From Felis catus (taxonomy: Eukaryota): DNA of 64,000 nt. Both the position numbers and the translations under genes were made by a program. Location of the stretch: assembly GCF_018350175.1 (NCBI RefSeq), contig NC_058368.1, forward strand, positions 190,528,001 to 190,592,000. The letters are read 5' to 3'. The notes under the pieces were generated by a model. That model saw only the letters and a list, made by a program, of their open reading frames with translations, had not been told where the DNA came from and searched no databases. Each line of letters starts with the position of its first letter. Within the stretch, counting starts at the first letter, position 1. This document shows, in pieces, positions 50,427 to 62,628 of the stretch.

Positions 50427-52439
50427 CATAATTTAAAATTTAATAGGAAAAATTTGGCATAAACCCACAACTGTCTCCCAGTACACATTCTCCTCTTTTC
50501 TCTTTACCAATCTTGAGCTTTATCTGGGCTCAAGGATGCCTAATGGCAGGTTAAGAATGGCAGGACAACAAGCCAGGAAGTATATTATTCCCAGATACCA
50601 TGGAACTGCCACATTAGCCCTGGACTGCTTACACTGCTATGTATAATACACTGGTATTATATTTCATAACAGCCATATTGGCATCCTAAGTATGGAAATA
50701 AGAACTTAAGCAAGTGAACCATAGGATTTTATACACGATTTTAAAATATGGTGATGGCGAGGAGGGGGGCGATTCTGGGACTCAGCAGGTAAGTTGATTG
50801 AATGAAATAGGCTGGTATAAGGCAAAAGAAAGCTGAGGGGACCAGGTGAATTGTAGAGCTGTGCCCTGCCTGGAGATATTAACATTTCAACAATATTCTC
50901 ACCCTCAAAGAGTCTGCAATCGCCAAGCTAGTGTGTCAATTCTCATAACCTAAGAGTTGCTTTAAAATATGTTGTTTTTGTTAGCAGCAGACCTCTTTTC
51001 TAATTCATCTTATGCAGAACTAGAATATATAGTACCCTGAAAGCAGATCTGCCCTGGGTGAATGGAGCCATATTTTGTCTCCTTCTCCCCTGCTGTGGGT
51101 GGGATCTGCCGTATAACACGGTTTTTAAATGACCTATCTATTCTAATCTCTTACTTAACAGATGGGAAAAGTTGGGCTGAGTGACATTTAGTGTGAAACC
51201 AGAAGTATGCCATTTCACCTCCCTGGGCTTTGTTTTCCTCATATCTGAAGCAAACTTGAACTAACTAATCTCTGTATGCTCTTCTGGTGAGCAATGGAGG
51301 AAACATGGACAGAAAGAAACGAATATCTGTTGATCAAATACTGTGTCCTGAACTTTGTTTTGTGTCAGTATCAGATACTGATTTGATTTCTGATTATTCC
51401 AGAAATGATAAGGTCAGATACAAACCTGAGTTTGTAGTGTACCTGAATTCACTTTTCCTAGCAATAGAAATGTCAGGTAAATTTACATACCCTTGTTTCA
51501 TTTAACTTGCTCAATGCCCCTGTGAAGTAGCCAGATTAGGCATTCCTATCCCCCTTTTATAGCTGAAGAAACTGATGGTAACTGTTTTGCCCATAGTCAC
51601 AACTAGCAAACGACAGAGCCAAGACTGAAATCTTGGTCCAATGTTCTCATGACAACTCTCCTTAAATTAGCAGATCTAAAAATGTGAATGAATTCACCCT
51701 GGTCCTTATAAATATTTATGGCTCTGGCCAAAATTATTGCAGAGTGTTTTGTTTTCATTATTAATAGCAACTGCACATAGTACCTGTCTGTACCCAAAGG
51801 CAAAGGGTATTAGAAGGTGATGCAGTCATTCCACCTGGGTATGAGCTACTTGGCTTCTGAGACTAGCTGCAGGAAGCACTAGTTAGATGTTACTCTGAGC
51901 AAACAATTAAGTAAATAATTCTTGTTTAAGGAAAGTTTAGTAGAAGATAGTTGAATCCTTTATTTTATCCAATATTCAGACTTAGACTTCTAATATCCAC
52001 TCTTCTAGTTGTCTTCATAACCCTGATATATTGGGGATGACCGGAAAAATTAATCTGTGGCCATTTCATTTGTCTCCTTGTAAAAAGAAAGGCCATTGAA
52101 CCTTAAACTATATTAAGCATTAAATTTTTATGGTCAAATTGAGATTCTGCAAAAATACAGTTAATTAAATTTGTAGATGATCTACTGTCTGGATTTATAC
52201 GGGAGCCCTTGATTGAAAATGAACTATAAAACACATGTTGAGTGAGCACCACCCAGCCTCCACCTGCCAGGCAGCCATTTCTGGAACAAATGGTCTCCAT
52301 GTCCCGTTTCATTGCATAAGTGCATGTTAGAGGCTAAATGAGTCAAGCACGGAACTTGCTGGCTCCTTTCTTCTGTCTGACCTCTAATTGTTACCGCCTT
52401 CCAACTGATTTTAGCTCTCTCCTCTATTTCCAAACTCTC

Positions 52440-53632
52440 TCCCTACCTGACTGTTCATCTGATGTCTAATGGAAAGTTCAATTAATGTGTTTGAAAGAAA
52501 ACTTCTGTTTTTTTAGCACTACAAAGTGCTTCTTTTCCAGACTTCCCCATCTCAGTAAGTGGAACAACTCACTTTGATACTCAATGCCAAAAGCTATGAG
52601 TCACTTTAAATTTTTCTCTTTCCACTCACCTCCAATTGAATTCATTACCAAGTTCTATTCAGGTCACTTTTTATGGTATTTCCTCCACTGAAGCTCTTCT
52701 CTCCATTGTACTGGGGCTATCCTGGTTAAGGGGCTCCCCAAGCTGATAAGTCAACTCCATGTATAGGGAAAAAGGTGTTCCCTTGGAATGGACAAATTGT
52801 CAAAGCGATTCCCCTTTCAGCCTGCATTCGCCCTTGTCTAGCTGGATTCCAGGGCTTGGCAAGATGAGTGAAGGCTAGATTTTGACTCCCATTTGCCCTC
52901 TGGCTTGGACATATTTGTAGTAGAGTCTGTGCAGAAGCACACAATAGCCTGCTGGTCCAAGCTACCATTCTCTGTCATTTGGTCTGTTCTAATCCTCTCT
53001 GGATGTATCTCTGTGTCTATAATCTTGTTTCTCTACAATCCGTTCTACACACTATGATCAAATTGATCTTCTCAAAGTCTACATCAGATCATCGTGCTTT
53101 CCTGATTAAAATCCTTCTTTGCTTCCCTATTGTATGGACCATAAAACCCAGAATGGTTATGAGGCCCTCCACTACCCAACCCCTGATCATCACTTTTTCC
53201 ACTCTCACTCTTTCTGGACACACTAACCTCCTACCTAGCCTTGAACATGCAAGATTAGTCCTGCTGCCTGGGGCCTTTACACATCTTTAGATAGTTGACC
53301 CCTGCTGGTCATCCTATTGTTAGTTTAAATATCCCCTCTTTATGGAGGTCTCCACAACTCATTCTCTAAATTTTATACACCAAATGCTCCACCCCCATCT
53401 CTCTGCTTGTTATACCATCACCTCAGTTTAGTTTTCTCCATAACATTCAACACAGTCCAAACTAAGCTTAATGTCAGCTTCTCCAAGAATATAAACTTCC
53501 TGGGGGCAAAGCAGTTAACTGAATTCTTCATTGTTATACCCTGACTACCTTTAGGGGTGCTTATCATACTATCATACAGCACCTGTATTGAGTGATACAC
53601 CTCTTATCACTCAATACAAATTGATTGAATGA
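52440..53632 (+). mobile_element. L2 3' portion with an internal unidentified insert
   Basis: 'cttccccatctcagtaagtggaac', 'gtccaagctaccattctc', 'ggggcctttacacat', tail 'ttgattgaatga'. Confidence 0.75.
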
Positions 53633-54484
53633 GAGGAGGTGGAGTCAGCATGCTAAGTTGAGGACGAGTGGGAGAGGACAATGATATGCAGCAAGCATAT
53701 TTGCTAAAGTTGTTTAAAAATACATATTAATAAAGTAAACATGCAAATAATTCCATCTCTGTTTTCCCCATCCTCTACCACCATCTTCACTCTTGAGTCC
53801 AGAAAGTTGAGTGGGTGTTGTGTGTGTGTGTGTGCGCGCTGAGTCATTAGTTTTCAGGGAACTCTTGTTAAAGGGCATGGACCATCTCTCCTAAGCAGAG
53901 AGCAAGACCTTATTGCTGGGAGAACTTTCTGCATAAGGACTTAGCCCAGCCTGGCACCAGGGTTGAGCCTCTTGCTGTCATTTGCTTTCTGGGCACAGTA
54001 GAGTGAAGCAGCATTGTTTAACCTTTTGGAAGCTGTGTATGAAATTTACATTAGCAGGGTGTTGCTGTTCAGTTACAAACCGTTTATCCCATGAATATCA
54101 ATGTGGCCATTTGCTCTGAGAAATTATCTTCTTTCTGTTGAGAGGAGGTGAAGAATCCATAAAGATGTGCAGAAGATAGGAGAGAGAGATCCTCTGAGCT
54201 TGCTGGGGTGAATGATTAAGGAGCAAGGTGATCTGTGCACCCAGAAAAAAGCTTTCGGGAAATCCTATGGAGATCTTTCGTTTCCTTTCCCCAGGGTGAT
54301 TTCAAATAAATATTTTGGTTTATTTATTTAAATGTACATGAGTGCCTACCACAGAACCTTGCAAATAGTAGACACTTAAACATCTACCCAAAATAGTTGT
54401 TTGATATTTAAGGATACTTATTAAACAGAAAACTCATCGAGTAATTGAGAAATGTGAACGTGTATTTAAAATAATGGCAACTTC

Positions 54485-54697
54485 GGGCGCCTGGGTGGCT
54501 CAGTCGGTTGAGTGTCCGACTTCGGCTCAGGTCATGATCTCATGGTTGGTGGGTTCGGGCCCCACATCAGGCTCTGTGTGCTGACAGCTCAGATCCTGAA
54601 GCCTGCTTCAGATTCTGTGTCTCCCTCTCTATCTGCCCCTCCCCCCGCTCACACTCTGTCTCTATCAAAAATAAATAAACATTGAAAACAACGTTTT
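54485..54697 (+). mobile_element. CanSINE
   Basis: 'gggcgcctgggtggctcagtcggttgagtgtccgacttcggctcaggtcatgatctc'; perfect TSD aaataatggcaactt (54469-54483 / 54698-54712). Confidence 0.97.
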
Positions 54698-54794
54698 AAA
54701 TAATGGCAACTTAAATCTACAATTTACCCCTAAGGACTTTCTTTAAAATTTTATTTGAGTAGACACTGGTGACCAGAAGAGGGATGCTTAAAAA

Positions 54795-55380
54795 AATTAA
54801 TAGACATCATGTTTCAGGATTATACAAATTGAGCAGCAAGTGAAGAGAGTTTCCACACACCCCCTTTCCCCACTTCCCTTCAGTTCCCTGTAAGTGACAT
54901 CTTGCATCCATGGTGTACGGTTTTTTTGGTAATTGAAGAACTAATATTGATACATTATTATAATTAAAGTCCATAGTTAATATTGGGGCTAACTCTTGCT
55001 GGTACGTGCTCTATGGGTTTTGACAAGTGCATAATGACATGCATCCACTGTTACAATATCATACAGAATAGTTTCACTGACCTAAAAACCCTCTGTGCTT
55101 CCCCTGTTCACTCTCACCTCTCCTACGAACCTCTTGGTAACCACTGATGTTTCTTTCTTTGCCTTTTTTTATTATGATAAAATAAGTTGCTGTTATAAGC
55201 AACTTACCATTTTAATCATTTTTAAGTGTACAATTTTGTTGCACTAACTACATTTAACCACTGATCTTTTTTACTATCTCTATACTTTGGCATTTTCTAG
55301 AATGTTATTGTATATTTGGAGTCCTATGGTATTTAGCCTTTTCAGACTGGCCTCTTTTGCTAACCAATAGGCATTTAAAG
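54795..55380 (-). mobile_element. Old L1 (L1MB/L1MC-like) 3' end
   Basis: 'aatattgatacattattataattaaagtccatagtt', 'ctatgggttttgacaagtgcataatgacatgcatccac', 'catacagaatagtttcactgacctaaaaa'. Confidence 0.8.
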
Positions 55381-56099
55381 GAGACTGTGGTTTTAATAAT
55401 TTTATCTGAAGTACTATCGCTGCTGAAGACTTTAATTATCAGAACCTCAGTCAAGGGCCTGGTTCCATGAGGTCTGCTGTCCAAATGAGGCTGGCACCTG
55501 GGGGGTGGTATTCTCAAGAAACTTGGAAACGTAGACTTCGGTGGTGGTCCTTTAGCTGTATGATTTAGAGCAGCTATAACTAGAGTAGCTCGCTATTGTT
55601 TAGATGTACAGGTTTGTCATTGCTAGTGATTCTTTTTGAATAGCACACCACTATTTCTGTTTTGATTTTAGGCTTTATTTCATCTTGCGTATCTTGTATT
55701 TTGAAAATGTATTTTGTATCTCCCTCTGTCTGCAGGAAGGATTCAGAGTGGTGGTGTTCTTTTCTAATGAAATGGAAAACTAAATGATTTAATCATTAAC
55801 ATCAAGAATTATTTCACAATAGTTCATTGATGATGGGCAAATTTTGTTAGTTTCAGTAAAATCACAGATGAAGCAAGAGTTTGCTGACAGACGTAAAATA
55901 AAACCAGAAACTGAAAGATTCGCTCATTACACCAGTATTGGGATATTCTGAACTTTGCAGTAGATACTGGGGTAAATAGCAGGATGGAAGAAAGTGGAGG
56001 CTCAGCTGGAGGAAATGTTGAAGGTGACTTGGGTTGCAAGTACCCACCTGGTAGTGACAATGAAGCAGGTATGCGGATTGTGCACAAACAGGACACATT

Positions 56100-56890
56100 A
56101 AAGTGTCAGGTCTACTCTGTGCCTGGTACTGTGATACATGCCAGAAATACAGTGACAAACAGAACACAGCCCCTGCCCTAGTGAGATCCTACAATAGATA
56201 AAGAAAACAAAAATAGCTTTAGACTCAGAGTAGGGTTGGGGGAGAGGGGACAGAGAAATGCTGTGAAGGAAAGGAATACATATTAGAAAGGGATATTGTA
56301 TCTATTTTACATAAAGTGGTCAGAACAGGCCTCTCTGGGTTGGGGACATTTGGGAGGAGATTTCTTCCTAGTGAAAGAACCAGCTATGTGTAGATTTGGG
56401 AGGAGAACATTCCAGGTAGATGAAACATAAGTGCAAATGTCTGAAGGCAGGAGTTAGGTTGGTACAGAAGAAGGAACAGTAGAAGGCCAGCATGCTTAGA
56501 GTAAGCAGCAGAGAGGGATAAAAATTGAGTTTGGAGGAGCAGACAGGGACCAGGTATTGGAAAAGGCAGGTAGGCCAAGCAAAGAAAGGAGCTTGGATTT
56601 TCTTCTAATGTGTTAGGAAGCCACCTGGAGGGTTTGAACAGGGAGATAATATGATCCAATGTACATTTTTCAGAACCTTATTCTGGCATCTGCGCTAGAA
56701 ATTGACTGGAGGAAAGGAGGGAAGAATTGAATAAGGAGGTCAGCTGGAGACAATTTTGACTGTCCACATGAAGGCTGAGCATGGTCTGCAGTAGGGTGGG
56801 GCCAGTGGTCATGGTTGGAAGTGGTTTTCTGTAGGATGCGGTTTAAAAGCAGATCTAAAAAGACTTGCCGATGGATTGGAGCATACTGGC
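56100..56890 (-). mobile_element. L2 3' portion
   Basis: 'tactctgtgcctggtactgtg', 'ggagaacattccaggtaga', 'ggagggtttgaacagggagataatatgatc', 'gacttgccgatggattgga'. Confidence 0.8.
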
Positions 56891-57224
56891 GATAAATGGG
56901 ACACACAGGGGGCAGGGATTTCAGAAGGAGAGTCTCCTAGCTGGTGTAAAGTTTTCCTGGGAAAGGTAGGGTTGAAATGCTAAGAAGAGCTGGCAGGGGA
57001 GGACATTCTAAATCAGGAGCTGCTATGAGCAAAGGCATGGAAGTAGAAAGGTAAACATTCTATTTAGAGAAAGGCAGAGCTGGAGTCTGGAGTGTACATG
57101 AGGAAAAAGGGTGAGATGAGTCTGCAAGGGGAGTTTAGGGCCAGACTGGGAGGATCTTAAGGACCATGTTCAGATACTCCATTTCCCAGTATCCGTGCAC
57201 AACTGCCTGCCCTGGGGAGCTGTG

Positions 57225-57560
57225 TCTGTTAGGAGTGTATATAGCAGCAAGTAACTGAAAACTTAAGTACTGTACACAATGAGGACTTTGAGTTTCTCTC
57301 ACAATAAGAAATCTGGGGCTAATCAGTTTGGGACTGTGAAGCTGCTCATGCCCACAGGGGCCTTGATACTGTCTGTGTTTCTGTCTACCATCTTTACTAT
57401 CTTGGCTTTCATCCTCCTGCTTGTCACCTCATGGTGTCTAGTTGGCTCTTGTACCAACATAGTGGGCATTATCTCTACTCCTATGGTGGCCGTTATCTCT
57501 ACTCTGGGCAGAAAGAAGGGGCCAAGGAGGCAAAACCAGCCAAAGATGTGCCAGTCCCTT
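57225..57560 (-). mobile_element. MaLR LTR fragment (MLT1J/K-like)
   Basis: 'agcagcaagtaactgaaaac', 'tttctctcacaataagaaatctgg', 'tcttggctttcatcctcctgcttgtcacctcatggt'. Confidence 0.6.
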
Positions 57561-57801
57561 CTGTTTTTATTGTAGCAAAATACATACAACATAAAATTTT
57601 CCATTGTGACCATTTTTAAGTATGTAATTCAGTGGCGTTAATGGCACTCATAATATTGTGCAACCATCACCAGTATCTATGTTTTTATCACTCCAGTAGT
57701 AACTTGAATAGTAACTTGCATTCCTCTTCTCTCCGAGCCCTCCCTACATCTATTTTCTGTCTCTGTGAATTTTATACCAGTCCCTTTTGATCAGGAAAAT
57801 G

Positions 57802-58118
57802 TAGTGGATTCTTGAACAACCTGGAGGTTAAGGGTGCCAACCCCCAAGCAGTCTAAAGTCTGAATATAACTTTAACAAACTTGATTTATAGCCTTCTGTT
57901 GATTGGAAGCCTTATGATAACATAAAGAGTTAGGCAAGATATATTTTGTATGTTATATGTGTTATATGCTATATTCTTACACTAAAGCTAGAGAAAATGT
58001 TATTAAAACATAAGAAAGAGAAAATACATTTACAGCGATGAACCATATTTATTGAAAAAAATCCCCTCATATAAGTGGACCAGCACAGTTCAAACCCATG
58101 TTGTTCAAGGGTCAACTG
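57802..58118 (+). mobile_element. Tigger2-type non-autonomous TcMar element
   Basis: TIRs 'tagtggattcttgaacaac' / 'tgttgttcaagggtcaactg' followed by TA. Confidence 0.88.
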
Positions 58119-58399
58119 TAGTTGCAATAATCTTCATTCAGTAGCCTTATATCTAATAACTATTTTGATAATGCCTTCTGAGAACTCCCCCCTCCCCTTC
58201 TTCCAAACCTCCCTCTCCCTTTCCTCATCTCTTCTCTTTCCCTTCCTTATCAGTAGGGGGATCACCAGAGGCCAGGATGGTCTTTGGAGAAGGATTATTT
58301 GAAGAGGAACATGACCAACTTGGAAGAGGGCTTAAAAAAAAAAAAAGTAGGAGTGGAGATCTATGTATAAATACAAGTGGAGGAAAGAAAGCCTATAAG

Positions 58400-59226
58400 T
58401 GTTCTGGTTACCAATTCTGATTCATGGTTAGGGGGCGGGTGGACACCAAGCAGCTGGGTGTCCTACAATTCAATCCAATTCTGACACTGTCTAGTGTGAG
58501 ATAGCATCAGATTCCACATTTTAAGAGCTCAGTCCCACATGACTCCTCTCAGCCCCCTACTTTGGATGCCAGTTTCAAGTCCAGTTTGTCACCTGTGCTT
58601 CTGCCCAACTGGCTATAGATTGGAGGTTCCAATGACCTTCTCCTTGGGTTCCATTAATTTGATAGAGCAGCTCACAGAACTCAGAAATGTTTTTATTTAC
58701 TAGATAGACTGTTTACTAATAAGGATATAACTCAGGAACAGCCAGATGGAAGAGATGTATAGGACAAGGTACGGGGAAGGGGTGGGGAGCTTCCATGCTC
58801 TGTGGAGGAGTCACTCTCTTTGAATCTCCTTGTGTTCACCAACCTGGAATCTCTCAGAACCCTGACTTTTCTTTTCTTTTTTTTTTTTTTGGTTTTGTTT
58901 TGTTATTTATTTTTTTGTTTGTTTTTATGGAGGCTTCATTATAGAGGCATGATTAGTTAAATCATTGCTTGTTCGCCTGATTCAACCTCTGTCCTTTCTC
59001 CCTTCCTTGGAGGTCAAGGTCAGGGGCATGGGACTGAAAGTTCCAATGCTTTAATCACATGGTTGGTTTTCCTGGCAACCAGCCCCCATCCTTAGGTGTG
59101 GTCCAAAAGTTGTCATTAACGTAACAGAAGGCACCTTTGTCCTCTTATCACTCAGGAAATTCCAAGGGTGCCAGAAACAGATAAATACCAAATATACATT
59201 TTTTTAATATACATTGCAATATCACA
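58400..59226 (-). mobile_element. ERV solo LTR (MER21-like)
   Basis: TGT...ACA termini; 'agctgggtgtcctacaattcaatccaattctgacactgtc', 'cagccagatggaagagatgtataggacaaggta', 'cctggcaaccagcccccatcc'. Confidence 0.8.
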
Positions 59227-60098
59227 GTATGACTCAGATATTTTGGTAGATGGTAGGGAATATGTAATGGAAAGAGATGAAGGGTTCTGTGCATAGTGAG
59301 AACAGAGAAAAAAAGGGAAAGAAGGTGTAAGAAGTGTTTAGCGTGATACATGGTATTGCCCTTGATCCAAGTAAGAATTAACCCCTAGCACTTATTTTGG
59401 TTGCCAGTAAGGCTGAATGTCTTTCCACATATCTGGTGCTATTTGTATGGGTATTTTCATGTAGGAGTGAAATGCCTGATTTTGCCATGTGCTCATGAGA
59501 TCCCAAGATCTTGTGTGGCATGTGGGTTTTAAAAAACTGGGCTGAAAATTGTAGACTGGTGAGTAATTGCTAGTGTCTAGGCTTGAGGCGAATTGGGGTA
59601 TGCCCAAGGTGTGGTAATGGGAATAACAAAAAGGCATGTATATCAGATCATTTAACAAAAGGTGATAAGGATTTGAATGCAGAGGCAAGGGATGTCAGAG
59701 GTGATATGAAGACTTAGAACCTGAATTATTAAGACAATGACTGAGTCGGAGGAGCCAGGGAAAGAACAAATGTTTAGAGAAAGATTGGCTTTAGTGATGG
59801 ACACTTGGAGACTAAAATGCCATTTCCAGTTACATCTTTCTCCATTTCATCCTTACCATTTGAACCTCCAATCACAGGGCTGGCATTTCCCCCAAGGAAG
59901 CAAGTTCTCTGCCTGTAGGATTTTGATTAACTCTACCAACAAAGAAAGCCTTTCCCCACCTGGACCTAATCACCCTTTGGGGCTTTGCTTGGAATTTCAG
60001 TCCCATGCCCCTGACCTTGATCTCCAAGGAAGGGAGAAAGGACGGAGGTTGAATCAGGCGAACAAGCAATTGTCTCTTTCCATTAAGAAGCATTTCAT

Positions 60099-60310
60099 GG
60101 CGCACCTGGGTGGCTCAATCTGTTAGGCATCTGACTTCCGCCCAGGTCATGATCCCACACTTTGTGGGTTCAAGCCCCACGTCAGGCTCTGTGCTGACAG
60201 CTCAGAGCCTGGAGCCTGCTTCAGATTCTGTGTCTCCTTCTCTCTCTGCTCCTCCCCTGCTTGCACTCTGTCTCCCAATAAATAAATAAATACTTAAAAA
60301 AAAAAAAAAA
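60099..60310 (+). mobile_element. CanSINE
   Basis: Typical body and poly-A; aagcatttcatg / aagcattttatg flanks. Confidence 0.95.
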
Positions 60311-60679
60311 GAAAAGCATTTTATGAATGCTCCCCTACTCACTTCCTCACATGTCTTTTCTGAGTGCTGCTTCCAAAGGGCACCCTGCTTACCTATATCA
60401 TAGCACATGTTGCATTGCAAGGTTTTAGAAGAGCGTCGATACAGAGTTCAGTTTACCTGCGCTCATGCTCGGGTTTTAATACCTACTAAGTGTCATGTAA
60501 ATTTTATTTCTCTGCATCTTGTTTTGTATTTCTTCCACTAAAATTGTCTTCGCTCACACTCTCAACTCTTGTTTGTCCATTTCCCCACATTTTTGCCAAC
60601 AATAAGTGTGATGATACTTGAGGTATTACACTGGTGCTGATAACTGGGACTCTTGTGAGTCTTAAATGAGGAGGCATTT

Positions 60680-60850
60680 GCAGCTTGCTGTGTCATCTTG
60701 GGTAAATGATTTAATTGCTCTGTGCTTCACTTTCTCGTCTGTAAAATGAGAATAATAGAGATTTCATATAGATTTATTGCATGGAACTCATAATACACAT
60801 GCCAAGCATCTTAAGCAATGTCTAGTTCACACTAGGATGTGAGCTGCTAT
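60680..60850 (+). mobile_element. MIR
   Basis: 'tcttgggtaaatgatttaattgctctgtgcttcactttctcgtctgtaaaatgagaataatag'. Confidence 0.8.
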
Positions 60851-60998
60851 GCTGATACAAATGTAACACAACTAATAAGGTATTCAAATATATAGTTATT
60901 ATTTGTGTGAGAAAGCTACAAATTTGGAAGGCAGGAACCATATTTTACTCATATTGGATTCCCTGGTATCTAGCATTGTGACTCCCATTTAGATCTTT

Positions 60999-61034
60999 TT
61001 ATTTTTTAATTTTTTTAATGTTTTATTTATTTTT

Positions 61035-61066
<32 letters not shown>

Positions 61067-61236
61067 ACATGAGCAGGGGAGGGGCAGAGAGAAAAGGAGA
61101 CACAGAATCCGAAGGCTCCAGGCTCTGAGCTGTCAGCACAGAGCCTGACGCGGGGCTCAAACGCATGAATGCATGAACGATGAGATCATGACCTGAGCTC
61201 AAGCCAGACTCAACCCACTGAGCCACCCAGGGGCCC
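60999..61236 (-). mobile_element. CanSINE
   Basis: T tail, (GA)n, 'ggctccaggctctgagctgtcagcacagagcctgacgcggggctc'; TSD cccatttagatcttt / cccatatagatcttt. Confidence 0.96.
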
Positions 61237-61465
61237 ACCCATATAGATCTTTATGACTCTGTTGAATGGATGCCTTTGAATTTCTAACAGAAGCTGGGGA
61301 GACAGAGGGGGCTGGAAACAAAAGTTTGGGAGGCAATTAGAAGTCATTCTCCAGGTGGAGAAAGAGGGAGCTCTGTAAGTCCTCAAAATTGGTCAATAGC
61401 TCCTCCCTGACCTCTCTCCTTCATTTACTTTTCTTTCCTGGTCAAAAATTATATGACAGCTTTTT

Positions 61466-61633
61466 GGGGCGCCTGGGTGGCTCAGTCGGCTGAGCATCCG
61501 ACTTTGGCTCAGGTCATGATCTCGCGGTCCGTGAGTTCGAGCCCGGCGTTGGGCTCTGTGCTGACAGCTCGGAGCCTGGAGCCTGTTTCGGATTCTGTGT
61601 CTCCCTCTCTCTCTCTGCCCCTCCCCCACTCAT

Positions 61634-61664
<31 letters not shown>

Positions 61665-61689
61665 GTCAAAAATAAATAAAAAATTAAAA
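61466..61689 (+). mobile_element. CanSINE (felid type, CpG-rich)
   Basis: 'ggggcgcctgggtggctcagtcgg...ctcgcggtccgtgagttcgagccc'; TSD aaaaattatatgacag (61444 / 61690). Confidence 0.97.
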
Positions 61690-62114
61690 AAAAATTATAT
61701 GACAGTTTTGAAAGAGACATCCATTGTCTTTTTGGCCTTTTTATTTTTGCATGATTTAAAATATTTGGGCAGTTTTCCACACTTGATGAGGAATAAAATT
61801 GCTTTTACTCTTCTCATGTGGAGGGGAGGATTCAGGGGAACAGAGTATATTGAGTCAACAGGGGGAAAATGCCCAAAATGGAACTTCTGTTTTGCCAGCC
61901 AATACCTGCAGAAGTTCGTGTAATCCAGGTCTGAACTTTCCTTTTGGCATTTAAGTTATTTTTCTTCTCTAAGCTTCATCTTGCTCATGGTAAAATGTGG
62001 CTCTGTTCCCTCCCCCTGCTTCAACCAGAGAATTACATTCTAATTGTTTTAATATGGATAAATGGCTTTTACTGCTTTAAAAAATAAAAAGGAAAGCCAT
62101 TTGCCTCTGTGAGA

Positions 62115-62580
62115 TTAGATTAGCTGTAACTGAAATGCAAAAATAGTGGCTTAAATAAGATAGGTATTTGTTTTTCTCTTCTGTAAAGTTCAGATGTGGA
62201 CATACCAGAGCTGATGTAGTGGTTCCAGAATCATCTAGAGATCTATGCCTCTTCCAGCTTTCTGCTCCTGCTTCCTTAGAAGGAAGCCCAACCTCCTGAT
62301 ATAAAAAAAACTCCAGTCATCACATTGATATTCTAAGCAGCAACAGGAGGTTGGAAGTGAGGTGGGGGGGGGGGGGGACACACCCTTTCCCTTTGAAGTT
62401 ACTCTCCAGAAAGTGCCCCAAATCTAGTAATTGGGCTGTGTCATAGTAACATAGTCACACTCAGCTGCTAAAGAGGCTGAGAATTATAGTTCTCATTCTG
62501 TATGTGCCCACCTAAAATCCAGGAATTCTATAATTTGAGGAAGAAAAGGGAAACTGATATGGGGACACCTAGTATCATCC
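62115..62580 (-). mobile_element. MaLR solo LTR (old MLT1-like)
   Basis: 'agctgtaac...aatagtggcttaaataagataggtatttgtttttctct', 'tagtcacactcagctgctaaagaggctgagaa'. Confidence 0.65.
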
Positions 62581-62628
62581 CTCTGGTATGAGACACAAAA
62601 TAATAGTCATGTGTCCAGGGTCACACAG

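Noticed and set aside
50725..50794. Perfect splice donor CAG|GTAAGT at 50786-50794
   Set aside because: The nearby upstream AG has no polypyrimidine tract and there is no recognisable peptide; isolated consensus donors are common.
52161..52184. Frame reading LIKFVDDL, resembling the CR1/L3 RT motif
   Set aside because: Eight codons only, with no flanking RT similarity I can confirm; needs an HMM search.
55710..55800. Strong acceptor-like 'ttttgtatctccctctgtctgcag|g'
   Set aside because: The frames I read hit stops within about 20 codons and no good donor follows; a non-coding exon cannot be supported without RNA data.
61453..61923. 156-aa ORF and similar GAWVAQS-containing ORFs
   Set aside because: Translations of CanSINE sequence and (CT)n tracts.
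62364..62377. G14 homopolymer (and the C-run near 9468) as functional G-quadruplex
   Set aside because: Homopolymer expansions in or near old LTR sequence with no supporting context.
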